In this document: positions 10,965-23,848 of the stretch, piece after piece
How the letters are laid out: each line of letters starts with the position of its first letter
How positions within the stretch are numbered: the first letter of the stretch is position 1
Assembly (NCBI RefSeq): GCF_963921235.1
Contig: NC_086097.1
Span: 193,690,001-193,754,000 of the forward strand
Direction of reading: 5' to 3'
Length of the DNA: 64,000 bases
From: Mobula hypostoma
Taxonomy: Eukaryota
The notes under the pieces: generated by a model
What the model was told of the DNA's origin: nothing
The model's input: only the letters and a program-made list of their open reading frames with translations
The model's database searches: none
Made by a program: the position numbers and the translations under genes

Positions 10965-12498
10965 GTATGTATGTAAATAAACTTTCAGATCCAGTATTAA
11001 CAAAATTCTCAGACAATATCTCTGCATAGCTTCTCCCATTATGATACCTATTCAGCATCCATCCTTCAAAAAGGTATCTTCAAATAACATGGGTGTTTTC
11101 TGATTATCAACCCTCCTCTACCACCATCCCAATATCACTCTTTGAGTAATTAATCACCAGCATAAGTACAACAAACTTAGTTCAGCAGTGATCGTGGTTG
11201 TATAGGTAGTTTTCTTCCTATTGGTACTCTCCCAGTTCAGTATAAACACATCTAGGTGGGGAAAATCAACTACAACTCAGTTTCTTTTAAACAAGTTTTA
11301 AAAAGTTTATTAACATCCAACCAAATGCAACGAAAACAATATAAATAGAAACCTTACAAATGACATATGATGTTGAATGAAATTACCAAAGGTATGTATA
11401 AAATATTACAAGCTGTTGAGCTCTGGTATTCTGTTCTTGAGAGCATTTGCACTCGTAACTGTAACTATTGTTCTTTCTGCACGTATGCTGAAAAATGTTG
11501 TAGTTCCCTTGCAAACTCCCAATATTAGTTTACACAGAACTCGTATGGAAGCCAATCAGAATTTTTGGTATTTAATTCCCCACAATTTTTTTTTGTTTCT
11601 TGCTGAGCTTTTTGCTTGTAATCCAATAATCACACCTTTAATAATTCGATTTTCACAACCTTCCTTTTGTTTTTATCATTGTGTTTGTACAACTTCTTGT
11701 GATGACAATAACTTTTGAGTATATCAGTAGTTGAATGGCTGTTAATAAATATCTTGCTTGATACTCACATTTGCCAAAATTTGTTGAGGATCAAACCAGA
11801 CAACAATGGAGCCATCCTGCTACTTGACTTGTTACTTTAATGACAAGATCACATAGCAAAGTTCCAGAGGAAAATAACATTGCCTTTGCACAAGCAAATA
11901 TCTCAGTATTTCCTTTCCAGTTTATAGTAAATTTAAAATGTTCAGCAATGAATTGAATTCCCCATGATATCTTGAGAAAGGAATTGCTTGCAATTTTTAG
12001 TCATTTTCACATTCACCACGAGTGCTATCTTCTTGTTGAAGGCATACGTCTGCAATTGGAGATACTCTAATCTGATGAAGAACCATGCCATAACAGTTAT
12101 GCCTATAACCACTGAATAGACTTCAAGAATCTGCTAAACCCATTGTTGCATGGGTTACCAACACAGAATGGAACCCAGTATATCTGTAAAAATGACAGTC
12201 ATTTGAAAAAAAATATAATGAACAGGCCACGAGCTCAAAACCAGCCAATAATGTTGCTGTAACTGGGCAGATGAAGTGACTGGTAGTGTGAAAGAGTCTG
12301 CAATGTGGATAGGAGTAAGGGAATGCATTAATTGCTGGTATCTTCTGTATAAACTATTGATTTGCTTTGCCTTTTACTTGACATTGACCAGTTGATTGTT
12401 ATATTGCTGCACATCCAGGAACTAGGAAAGATATTGCAGGTTGAGAAGTGGCAAGCTGATACGGATAAAATAATTAGAAGCTTGTGTCTACTTTACAG

Positions 12499-12640
12499 AT
12501 AGTGATGCGGAGGTTGCTGGAGCCCCAACTGCTCCCTTAGATGTCTCCTGTTTGGACGCCAATAAGGATTATGTCATTGTCAGCTGGAAGCAGCCAGCAG
12601 TTGATGGCGGAAGCCCGATCTTTGGGTACTTTGTTGACAG
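12499..12640 (+). CDS. MYOM1: MYOM1 exon, Fn3 My4 first half (DSDAEVAGAPTAPLDVSCLDANKDYVIVSWKQPAVDGGSPIFGYFVD)
   Basis: ttacAG / GTgagt; WKQPAVDGGSPI motif. Confidence 0.95.
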
Positions 12641-12874
12641 GTGAGTAGTAAAAATCGACAACTGAGCCGTTATAAATTTGCTTATAAATTTATTTTCTAA
12701 TTAAGTCAAGTTATGCCAAAACATTAAATTTAAACAGAATCTGTTGGAATTACTCAAAGATCTGTAAAGAGAAAAACAGTTAACATTTTGAATAAGTGAC
12801 ATTTTAAGGTCCACAATTCATAAGACATGCCGAAGTTTGGGTTACCAGAGAAAGAATACTAGTACTATCAATTA

Positions 12875-13180
12875 GATTTGTATATTGGTTTATTATTGTC
12901 ACATGCACAGTGGAAAAACTTGCATGCATACTGTCTGTACATATCAATTCATTACAACAGTGTATTGAGGTAAATAAAACAACAACAGAATGCAGAATAA
13001 CGTGTTACGCTATGGAGCAAGAGCAGCGAGTAAGGTCACGACAAGGCAGATTATGAGGTGAAGAGCCCATCTTATTGATCAGGGAACCATGCAATATTCT
13101 TATAACAGCATGATAGAAAATGTCCTTGAGCCTGGTGGTATGTACTTTCAGGCTTTTATACCTTCCGTTCAATGGAGGGA
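12875..13180 (-). mobile_element. Rex1/Babar 3' fragment
   Basis: GRYKSLKVHTTRLKDIFYHAVIRIL resembles the Rex1 C-terminal LPSGRRYRS...SFFP.AIRLLN. Confidence 0.65.
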
Positions 13181-13479
13181 GTGGGCAAGTACACCATGAG
13201 TAAGTGGTCAGATCAGCCATGATTTTACTGAATGGCAGAGCAGGCTTGATAGGCCAGATGGCCTACTTCTGCTCCTTTTCTTATTTCTTTTATAATATAG
13301 TACCAGATAATTTTAACATAGTACAAACTGCAGGATTAGCAGTAGAAAATGACATTGAGTTTCAAACAAAATGTACCTTACACAAAAGAGTGTCTTAATT
13401 CAAAGTATTAGAGGAGGACTTAGAGCAGAAAATAATATTTGGTTAAATTTTCTTTTAATTGAACTGCTTAAAAAGTACT

Positions 13480-14118
13480 CCTTTGACTCTGTGGTTAAGA
13501 AGGCATACAGTGCATTGGCCTTCATGAACCGTAAGATTGAGTTTAAGAGCCGAGAGGTAATGTTGCAGCTATATAGGGCCCTGGTCCGACCCCACTCGGA
13601 GTACTGTGCTCAATTCTGGTCGCCTCAATACGGGAAGGATGTGGAAACCATAAGAAGGGTGCAGAGGAGATTTCAAGGATGTTGCCTGGATTGGGGAACA
13701 TGCTTTATGAGAATAGGTTGAGCGAACTTGGCCTTTTCTCCTTAGAGCGACAGAAGATGAGAGGTGACCTGCTAAAGGTGTACAAGACAATGAGAGGCAT
13801 TAATTGTGCAGTCAGAGGCATTTTCCCAGGGCTGAAATGGCTAGCACGAGAGGGCATAGTTTTAAGGTGCTTGGAAGTAGGTACAGAGGAGATGTCGGGG
13901 TAAGTTTTTTTTAATGCAGAAAGTGGTGAGTGCGTGGAATGGGCTGCCGGCGGCGCTGGTGGATGCGGTCTTTTAAGAGACTCCTGGATAGCTACATGAA
14001 GCTTAGAAATATAGAGAGCTATGGGTAAGCCTAGGTAGTTCTACAGTAAGGACATGTTCGGCACAGCTTTGTGGGCCGAAGGGCCTGTATTGTGCTGTAG
14101 GTTTTCTATGTTTCTATG
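13480..14118 (+). mobile_element. CR1-clade LINE 3' fragment
   Basis: MLQLYRALVRPHSEYCAQFWSP, RGDLLKVYK; (ttctatgt)n tail. Confidence 0.88.
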
Positions 14119-14269
14119 CTTTCCTGTTTTTTATCATTACAATATACTAATATTCAATTTCTAATCCATGGAACAGTTGTGGGATTACAGTTACTGTTCT
14201 CCACTGGTGCTAGTGGGACTTGGATCCCACACTAAATTTTTGAAAAACCATTTATAGAGAGAGAGCAGC

Positions 14270-14790
14270 TTCAAATTACTCAATGTTGTCATTTCTGAGA
14301 ATCTGTCCTGGATGCAGAACGTGGGTGCAGTTGGGAAGAAAGCACAGCAGCATCTCTACTTTCTGAGAAGTTTGTGAAGATTCACGTAACCTAAAACTTT
14401 GTTGTCTGCTGGAGAGTACATTGACTGGTTGCATCACATCCTGGTGTGGAAACACTAATGCCCTTGAACAGAATAGCCTACAACAAGTAGTGGTTATGGC
14501 CCAGTACATCATGGTTAAAGCCCTCCCTAGGATTGTCACAGGAAAGCAGCATTCACCATCAAGGACCCCTACCATCCAGGTCCTGCTCTCTTCTTGCTGC
14601 TGCCATCAGGAAGAATGTACAAAAATCTCAGGACCTGCACCACCAGGTTCAGGAAAAGTTATTATCCTTCAACCAACAGACTCTTAAACCAGAGGGGATG
14701 ACTTCACTCAACTTCACTTGAGTGGGGAAATGTTCCCACTGAACTAGACTCACTTTCAAGGATTCTTCATCTCATGTTCTCGATATCCTT
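14270..14790 (+). mobile_element. Rex1/Babar 3' fragment
   Basis: TGCITSWCGNTNALEQNSLQQVV and LLPSGR motifs. Confidence 0.75.
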
Positions 14791-15004
14791 TGCTTCTTTA
14801 TTTATTATTAATGTTATTATTTCTCTTTTTCTGTTTTTGTATTTGCACAGTTTGCTTTTTTAATCATATTGTTGTTGTCTGCTCTGTTGTGTCACCATTT
14901 ACAACCCTGAGATTCATTTTCTTGCAGACAATCACAGTAAATATAAGAGACACAAAAGAATCAATAAAAGGGAACACCCAACAAAGTATGTACTTCGATA
15001 ATAT

Positions 15005-15200
15005 GGTGGCCGATGGTGTAGTGGCATCCGCACTGGGCTTCGAGGCGAGTTGTCCTGGATTTGAATTCAGCCAGCTTCTTGCACACTTTCCATCCATGCT
15101 GGGTTGAGAATCAAGTAGCTACTTAGCCTTGTAAATATAGACAAATGCTGAAAGAAACAGCAAAGTTGCCGCCTGATGCACCACAAGGCTCAGAGGAACA
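15005..15200 (+). mobile_element. tRNA-derived SINE
   Basis: A-box-like tggtgtagtgg, B-box-like ggatttgaattc, tail gcctgatgcaccacaaggc. Confidence 0.5.
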
Positions 15201-15901
15201 GCAAAAACTTTGATAATCAATCGACTTTGAACTTTGAAGTTTGAACTTTATAACCTAAGCTTCCACATGAGGATATGAGGTTGGGTGAGGCACTGAAGGA
15301 CTATCTAGTAAATATCCGATAATCTGGGTGTTGGTGTTGGATTCGCAAATTTTGCAGATGATTAGATATTGTAACTACTAATATACTACCACATTTTATT
15401 CACTTTTTAGATATTATACAGTATTGCAATTAATTTCTCAGTGAATCAGTTCGTAGGGATAAAGGACCCTTGTCACTCTGGAACCACACTGAAGGGGAAG
15501 GGAGTATGGGGATTGGGGCTCTAGTAAATTGGAAGGGAGAATAGGAACACCGACTCCGGCATTTGAAAGACATTGCAGGAAACCAGGGCAGTGGTGAGTG
15601 GAAGGGAATGTAGGATTGGGGCCTCAGAGAATCAGAAGGGAGTACAGTAAACATTACCCAGTGAACTGGATGCAGAATTGTTGGAATACCTGAATTATCA
15701 GCTTATTGTCAGAGTTGCACTATAAGAGAGAAAAATCAACATACAAAACAAAATCAAACTTTGTTTTGAGGTATTTAAAGGTACTTACTAGCATAACATA
15801 AAACTATAGCATTATTGTGTAATAGTGATATCTGAATTAATTAATAGAAGGGGTAGGTCTTTTGTTTGTGCCATAAAACAGCTGAAATTCTTTTCTTACA
15901 G

Positions 15902-16101
15902 ATGTGAAGTTGGAACCACTCATTGGGTTCAGTGTAATGACACCCCAGTGAAATTTGCCCGCTTCCCTGTCACTGGATTGGTGGAGGGACGCTCTTACAT
16001 CTTTCGTGTACGTGCTGTTAATAAGGTTGGAATTAGCAGACCTTCCCGTGTGTCTGATCCTGTGGCAGCCTTGGATCCTTCTGACAGAGATAGGCTGAAG
16101 G
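15902..16101 (+). CDS. MYOM1: MYOM1 exon, My4 second half (CEVGTTHWVQCNDTPVKFARFPVTGLVEGRSYIFRVRAVNK...DRLK)
   Basis: ttacAG / GTatgc; near identity to recalled human sequence. Confidence 0.95.
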
Positions 16102-16594
16102 GTATGCCTGCCTCTTCTCAGACTAATTCTTTTGAGTGACTCTTTTGATATTATCTATACATGCACAGAATAAATCATAGTTGCTGTAAAACGATGGTAA
16201 AATAAAATACACCAAATTAAAGCATCTCACAAAATGGAGTGCTGTTTCATCAGTAATAATCAGAGATAGGCAATTAATGCTAGCCTTGCCAGTGATACTC
16301 AGTTCCTCAGCAATAAGACTTGCCTAGGGTTTCTGAAAATTTATGTCCATCATATCCACTGCACTGTCATGTTCTTTGTCATATCCTCCAAACAATGCAA
16401 GTTGCCGTTGCTCATATATTGTATACTGTGGTAGCTGTGTTAGATTAGAACCCTATGGACTGATAGATACGTGTATGTTTACAACTTTGATTAACCCTTC
16501 CTCTTTATTTCTGGCACAACAAAAATACTTTGAAATATGTTTTAACCAGTTTTTTCAAATCAGCTTTTAATTTTTTTTGTTATTTAATTATTAG

Positions 16595-16651
16595 GCATGC
16601 CATTAGCCCCCTGGACTGGTCAGATTATTGTAACAGAAGAAGAACCAGCAG
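16595..16651 (+). CDS. MYOM1: MYOM1 linker exon (GMPLAPWTGQIIVTEEEPA)
   Basis: attAG / GTaaag; APWTGQIIVTEEEP as in MYOM1. Confidence 0.93.
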
Positions 16652-17234
16652 GTAAAGAATATGTTACCTTCTATACAGTATTAGTCTGCTAAACCTGTAC
16701 CAAGTGACAACTAATCAAAAAGTTCTTGCTCCTAAAAAGTAATTGTTCTCTCAGAAGAGTTTATGTACTTTCTGAGGTGTTGCCAATCAAAATGAGAAGA
16801 TTTTAATCCTTGGGTGTCTGACTTGTGGAGCATGCCAGGCAGTTGTTCTAGATCCAAATGGCCTGACACAATTTGAGTCTTAAGGTTCACTTAAGTCGAA
16901 AAAGGAAGCTAGGAGGCCAAAAGGGCAGTTGGTGTTCATACTGGGTTACTTACCTCATTCTGGCTGATGCTTTATTAAACACCTTCCAAGTAATTAAGAT
17001 TGTGGTCAAAAAGTCTATTATGTTATGAGGCCTGAACAACCATTTTTTTTTTATCTGAGTAAGACCATAAGACATGGGAGCATAATTAGATCATTCAGCC
17101 AATCAAGGCTGCTCCACCATTCCATCATGGCTGATTTATTATCTCTCTCAACCCCATTCTCCTCAGTCTGTTCTAAAGGGACATTCTTGTATACTGAGGT
17201 TGTGCCCTTTGGTCCTAGACTCCCCCACTAAAGG

Positions 17235-18123
17235 TTGGGGGTGTTGTGGGTAGTGTGGAAGGCTGTCAGAGGTTGCATTGATAGGATGCAAAACTGGGCA
17301 GAGAAGTGGCAGATGGAGTTCAACCCAGATACGTGTGAAGTGGTTCATTTTGGTAGGTCAAATATGATGGCAGAATATAGTATTAATGGTAAGACTCTTG
17401 GCAGTATGGAGGATCAGACGGATCTTGGGGTCCGAGTCCATAGGACACTCAAAGCGGCTGCGCAGGTTGACTTTATGGTTAAGAAGGCATACGGTGTATT
17501 GGCCTTCATCAATCGTGGAATTGAATTTAGGAGTTGAGAGGTAATGTTGCAGCTATATAGGATCCTGGTCAGGCCCCACTTGGGGTATTATGCTCAGATC
17601 TGGTCACCTCACTGTAGGAAGGATGTGGAAACCATAGAAAGGGTGCAGAGGAGATTTACAAGGATGTTGTCTGGATTGGGGAGCATGCCTTATGAAAACA
17701 GGTTGAATGAACTCGGCCTTTTCTCCTTGGAACGACAGAGGATGAGAGGTGACCTGATAGAAGTGTATAAGATGATGAGAGGCCTTGATTGTGTGGATAG
17801 CCAGAGGCTTTTTCCCAGGGCTGAAATGGCTGCCACAAGAGGGTACAGGTTTAAGATGCTTGGGAGTAGATACAGAGGAGATGTCAGGGGTAAGTTTTTT
17901 ACGCAGAGAGTGGTGAGTGCATGGAATACGCTGCCGGCAACGGTTGTGGAGGTGGATATGATAGGGTCTTTTAAGAGACTCCTGAATAGGTACATGGAGC
18001 TTAGAAAAATAGAGGGCTATGGGTAACCCTAGTAATTTCTAAGGAAGGGACATGTTTAGCACAACTTTGTGAGCCGAAGGGCCTGTATTGTGCTGTAAGT
18101 TTTCTATGTTGCTATGTTTCTAT
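17235..18123 (+). mobile_element. CR1-clade LINE 3' part, inserted in an older minus-strand CR1 tail (17060-17230 / 18125-18240)
   Basis: WAEKWQMEFNPDTCEVVHFGR, LVRPHLGY, FFTQRVVSAWN; tttctatg tail. Confidence 0.9.
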
Positions 18124-19091
18124 AGGAGGCATTCTATCCACATCCACTCTATCTTGGTCTTTCAATATTCAATAGTTTTCAGTGAGATCATCCTCTCATT
18201 CTTCTAAGTTCCAGTCAGTACAATCCCAGAGACATGAAATTGTGGAATTTGAAGTTAAAGTGACTCAATAGTGAAGACTAATGAAATTTGAACTATCACT
18301 TTGTCAACTCTGTTGATTGCTAACTATCAATGAACTTAATGAAAACATCTATTGCAAAACTTTAAAACAACTAAATTTCTTCAACCTTTCAAATGTAACA
18401 TTATAAATTTTCAGCTTGAGGTTTCCAACACTAAAATGGCCTAGCTCTGTTCATATTGCCTCAAGAGCTTAGCTAGAGCACAAGCAATAGCAGTTCATCT
18501 TTTCAAAGCTCCACTGGTTTGCAGCTTGGTAAACATAACCCTAAATATATCCCTTAACACAAAGAAACATAGGCTTCACCTAATGCTCTGACATATAAAT
18601 GTACAGTAAACTTTTCTGTGTATTCACTGACACCCATCTAACAATTCCTAGCACCTCCAGAATACCATGGTTGCACTGTTTACTGTCTACAAAGAGCACT
18701 GCAGTTACTTGCTAACATCTCCAAACCCACAATCGCTAACATAAGAAGGACAAGGGTAGTGGGTGCATGGGGACACCACAATTAACTTCTCCTCCAAGTC
18801 ACCATACTGCCTTGGAAGTATTTCACAGTTCTTTCATAATTCCTGAATCTAAGTCCTGGAATAACCAACCCAACAACACGGGAGGAAAGTGGTAGTGAGG
18901 GCAGCAGTGGGAGGCAGGGTCTGGCACTAGAAACATTTCATAAAAGTGCCTCACGTTTAACTTCTCCAGGACTATTTGGGATCGGGCATTAATACGAGTT
19001 AAATAATAAGAAGTATTGATCTGTTAGGGAAAATCCTGAGGAATTTTTTACATTGAAGTTATACATTAAAATCTCACTTTTGCCTCTACAG

Positions 19092-19216
19092 AAGGAATTG
19101 TCCCTGGAAAACCTACAGAACTTACGGTGACTGAAGCCACCAAAAATTATGTTGTCCTGAGCTGGAAACCACCCGGTCAACGCGGCCATGAGGGTATCGT
19201 GTATTATGTGGAAAAG
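19092..19216 (+). CDS. MYOM1: MYOM1 exon, Fn3 My5 first half (EGIVPGKPTELTVTEATKNYVVLSWKPPGQRGHEGIVYYVEK)
   Basis: tacAG (CAGAAG tandem acceptor) / GTaaag; SWKPPGQRGHEG motif. Confidence 0.95.
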
Positions 19217-19369
19217 GTAAAGATCTCAAAACTCCAGCAGTGAAATATAATATAGATTAACTGATGTAAAAGCAGCTTAAATAATGTCAGAATCAGAATC
19301 AGGTTTATTATCACCAGCATTGTTGTGAAATTTGTTAACAGCAGCAGCAATACAATGCACTACATAGCA

Positions 19370-19875
19370 AAATAGAAAACCTGCAGCACAATACAGGCCC
19401 TCTGCCCACAATACTGTGCTGAACATGTACTTACAGTACTTTAGAAATTACCTAGGGTTACCCATAGCCCTCTATTTTTCTAAGCTCCATGTACCTATCC
19501 AGGAGCCTCTTAAAAGATCCTATTGTATCCACCAACATCACTGTCGCTGGCAGCCCATTCCATCCACTCACAACTCTCTACGTTAAAAAAAAACTTACCC
19601 CTGACATCCCCTCTGTACCTACTTCCAAGCACCTTAAACCTGTGCCCTCTTGTGGCAGCCATTTCAGCCCTGGGAAAAAGCCTCTGACTATCCATATGAA
19701 CAATGCCTCTCATCATCTTATACACCTCTATCAGGTCACCTCTCATGCTCCGTCGCTCTAAGGAGAAAAGGCCAAGTTCACTCAACCTATTCTCGTAAGG
19801 CATTCTCCCCAACACAGGCAACATCCTTGTAAATCTCCTCTGTACCCTTTCTATAGTTTCCAAATCCTTCCTATA
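19370..19875 (-). mobile_element. CR1-clade LINE 3' fragment, same subfamily as the 13480 and 17235 copies
   Basis: ETIERVQRRFTRMLP...RGDLIEVYKMMRG; 3' UTR nearly identical to the 17235 copy. Confidence 0.9.
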
Positions 19876-19906
19876 GAAAGAAAAAAAATAAGTAGATCAA
19901 TTACAT

Positions 19907-19909
<3 letters not shown>

Positions 19910-19943
<34 letters not shown>
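19910..19943. repeat. (AT)n microsatellite
   Basis: about 17 perfect AT units. Confidence 0.95.
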
Positions 19944-19949
<6 letters not shown>

Positions 19950-19985
19950 ATTAGATTAAAAGTTGTACAAAACAGGAATAATGTG

Positions 19986-22436
19986 CAGGTTGCCCACCAA
20001 TTTTCTGGAAACTGATGGTTCAGCACCTGTTTTAATTTGGATGAAATTATAAGGCCAGGTATCACTCACTTTTCATGAAACGTCTGTTAGATGAGGTGAG
20101 TACTGGCAATTCTTTACAGACATTTATTAAAAAATTTAACATGAAGGACATTATTTGGTTCACTGCTCGAGGGTGGGAGAAGGTAGAAACTTCAACACTA
20201 AAGAATGGCTGGCATAAGTTATGCCTTGCCTTGACGTTTGATAATGCGGCTGAAGAAAAGTTTGACAATGATTTTGCAAGATTTCATGTGCCAAAGGAGA
20301 AAGTAATTGTTCATGATTTGCTTGCATAAGCAAAAGTATAGGTTTCTCCCGCCATCCAAAGGTAAAGCATTCCTATGAAACGGTTCGTAAGCCGAAATGT
20401 CGTAAAGCGAAGAAGCAATTACCATTTATTTATATGGGAAAATTTTGTGAGCGTTCGCAGACCCAAAAATAACCTACCAAATCATGACAAATAACACATA
20501 AAACCTAAAATAACAGTAACATATAGTAAAAGCAGGAATGATATGATAAATACACAGCCTATATAAAGTAGAAATGTTTCTCTACAACCATTGCCTGCCC
20601 AGATCTCCGTAGCGAAAATCTCACGCAAGCGCTGTTGGCATAAACGTGCTCTCCAGTAACCTTTAAGCTATGAGGCTGCCAAATCTACCAAATAACACGT
20701 AAAAATACACAGCCTATATAAAGTAGAAATAATGTATGTACAGTATAGTATCACTTACCGGAATCAGGAAGACAGCTTGCCGAGCAAACTGATGATGGTG
20801 TGTTAGGCTGAGTCGTCTCAGGTTGGGTGGTGAAGTGGTCCCCACCCTCCAGGCCACCGACCCGATATATTGGCGTGAAGAACGCAGCAGTAGTCGGGAG
20901 GCACACAGCTCATCTCTAAGAAAAAAACTGAAATAAGCATGCTAATTAATTAGGTGCTGCCAACACATAATTGTCGGCCCAGATCAGAGGCGATGCAATC
21001 GGAAATCGGCACTGACCTGAGCCGACAATTACGTGTCGACAGCACCTAATTAATTAGCCTGTATATTTCGGCTTTTTTCTTAAAGATGTGCTGTGTGCCT
21101 CCCGGCTACTGCTGCATTCTCCGCAAATCAGTACGGTATCTGTCCGGGGCCCGGGTGTTGGGGTGGTGGGACACGGGGGTGTCATCTCATCGTCGATCAG
21201 GGCAGGTAGCTCATCTTCTTCTATGACTGCCCGCCTCGATGTCGAAGATGGAAGTACGTTGTCTGATTTGGAAGGCTTGCTTGACTGCCGAACCTCGCGC
21301 ATTTTTCTATCATACAGTTGTTTGTAAGGACTCAAACCATCCTGCAAATATCCCCTAAACCTACGTACCCTTTCAAAATTAAAGTTGTGCTTTATCATTG
21401 CAGCGAAAATCTCACGTAGTTGCTTCACGTTCAGTTCACTACTGCATTCGGTTTCGATTGTTATCCTTTCCTCTTCCAATTGCATCAGCTCTTTGTCTAT
21501 CAGTTCTTGGTCATGGGATGCCAAAACCTCTCCAACATCATCTTCGTCAGCTTCCATAAGCCAAACTCACTTTGTCCTTGCTTCATTCACCACGATCGAA
21601 ACGCTTAAATATGTCTAGTTTTACGCTAAGTGTAACACCCTTATGAGCTCTTTTCGGCTTTTCCGACACCTCAGAACTCATCTTGCTAATGGCTGCTCAC
21701 AGGCACGTGTTTAAGCAATGCCGTTTCGAATCCGGGGCAGAGCGGCTGCTCGGGACACGCGCTGCCTTTTATCGCGCGCTGATTTTTTCGTGCGCTGCCT
21801 TCCTTCGTAACAGTGAAAACACCTTCTGAAAGCGAAAACAGGGTACTAATGTAGGTCTTTCGTAACAGTGAGGTTTCGTAAAGCGACCGTTTGAAAAGTG
21901 GGGGACACCTATGTTACATGACCTACTTTCAAAGATATAGCAAGTAGACTTAATGAAAAAAATCAATGTGAGTGGACGACAAAACACCTGTTGTGCATCT
22001 CCTTACAGACTCAGAAACTATAGACAGTGTTCCGAAAGCTGATAAAAACACTACAAGTAATGAAGGTGGCAGTGATGACGATGAAAAGAATGAAACTCAA
22101 AGATTTACGATTGACAAGTTAATTTAGTTGTTGGGTGACTTAATCAAATGGTTAGAGAAACCTACCTTCATGACAGAACAAGAGCTAATGAATTTTTATT
22201 TGATGCAAGAAAAATTACACAGAGAGGTCAAAACACATGAAGCAACTTTGCCTGAATGAAATGTTTAAAAAAATAATGAGAAGCAACATTCTATGTGAAC
22301 ACAGTGATTAATTCTTTTTAAACTTCTACAGTCCATTTTTGCCATTATTATTGCGTGACCTCTTTTACTTGGGCAAAAATGTTAATCTGACAAGACTCAG
22401 GAACCGAGGGTGCTGGAAAATCGGTGGTCAATCTTT
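19986..22436 (+). mobile_element. Tigger/pogo transposon remnant hosting a second Tigger-like element
   Basis: FIKKFNMKDIIWFTARGWEKVETSTLKNGWHKL (DDE_1 C-terminal motif); imperfect TIRs caggttgcccaccaattttc / gaaaatcggtggtcaatct. Confidence 0.65.
20338..21912 (-). mobile_element. Non-autonomous Tigger-like element
   Basis: TIRs ataggtttctccc / gggggacacctat; subterminal cgtaaagcga motifs; EDDVGEVLASHDQELIDKELMQLEEE pogo C-terminal remnant. Confidence 0.7.
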
Positions 22437-23848
22437 ACGTATATAAAAAAAAAGTGAGTAGTGTTCATGGGTTCAATGAACATTTAGAAATCAGGGAAGA
22501 AGCTGTTCCTGAATTGCTGAGTGTGCGGCTTCAGCCTTCTGTAGCTCTTTCCTGACGGTAACAATGAGAAAAGGACATGTCCTTGGTGATGTGGGTCCTA
22601 AATAATGTTCGCAGCCTTTCTGAGGTTCTGCTCCTTGAAGGTGTCTTGGATACTACGGAGGCTAGGACCTAAGATGGAACTGACTAATTTTACAACCTTC
22701 TGTAGCTTCTTTCAGTCCTGTGCAGTAGTAACTCCAACACCCCCCCCACCCCTCCCCATACCAGAGAGTGATGCAGCCTATCAGTATGCTCTTAGTGGTA
22801 CATCTAAATGTTTTAGGTGACAAACCAAATCTCTTCAAACTCCTCATGAAATATAGCTGCTAGACCACTGTTACACCACCATCAAGAACGCCTCCCGTGC
22901 TATTCCACACCCACACTTCGGAAAGTCTGATCACCTGGCTGTATTCCTACTCCCTGAGTATCGGCAGAGACTGAAAACTGCAGCACTAGTAGTGAGGACC
23001 AAGAAGATATGGATAAGGGAAGCATAGGAGCGCTTACAGGACTGCATTGAATTGGTGAACTGGATTGTATCCAGGGATTCATCTTCAAATCTGGATGAGT
23101 ATGCCACAGTTGTTACCGACTTCATTAAAACCTGTGTGGATGAGTGTGTGCCTACAAAAACTTACTGTACATTTCCAAACCAAAAGCCGTGGATGAACCA
23201 GGAGGTTCGTCATCGCCTTTGGGCTAGATCTGTGGCATTTAAGTCTGGTGACCCAGGTCTGTACAAGAAAACCAAGTATATTTGCAGAGGGCTATTTAAA
23301 GAGCAAAGAAACCATGCTGAGTGAGGTTAAGGCCATATCAGATGCACACCATCTCTGGTAGGGTTTGCAGGACATTACTTCCTACAAAGCAAAACTCAAC
23401 AGCATGAATAGCAGCGATGCTTCACTACCAGATGAGCTCAATGCCTTCTGTGCCTGCTTTGAATGAGAGAATATAACTACAGCTATAAAGGTCCATGTCG
23501 CACCCAATGACCCTGTAATCTCTGTCTCAGAGGCCGATGTGTTCTGATGGATGAAAAATATATCATTTTTAATGCAACTCCTCAGTCTATCTGGCTGGAT
23601 TATTCACCGAGATCTTTAACCTCTTGCTTCAGCAGACTGAGATGCCCACCTGCTTCAAGCAGGCTTCAATTGTACTGGTGCTTAAGAAGCACATGATAAC
23701 CTACCTCAATGACTGTCATCCAGCAGCGCTTACATCCACAGTGAAGAAATTTTTTGAGAGGTCGGTGATGAAACATATCAGCTCCTGCCCGAGAAGCAAC
23801 TTGGATCTGCTCCAATTTGCCTCCTGGCACAACAGGTCTGCAGTAGAT

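Noticed and set aside
11300..12260. Repeat-free stretch with a minus-strand acceptor, donor and AATAAA, suggesting an antisense exon
   Set aside because: All three minus frames contain stops and no motif was recognisable.
16102..16139. Read-through after the exon gives GMP, the same as the start of the next exon
   Set aside because: Similarity is only ~7 nt (gtatgcc vs gcatgcc) and a stop follows; compatible with chance.
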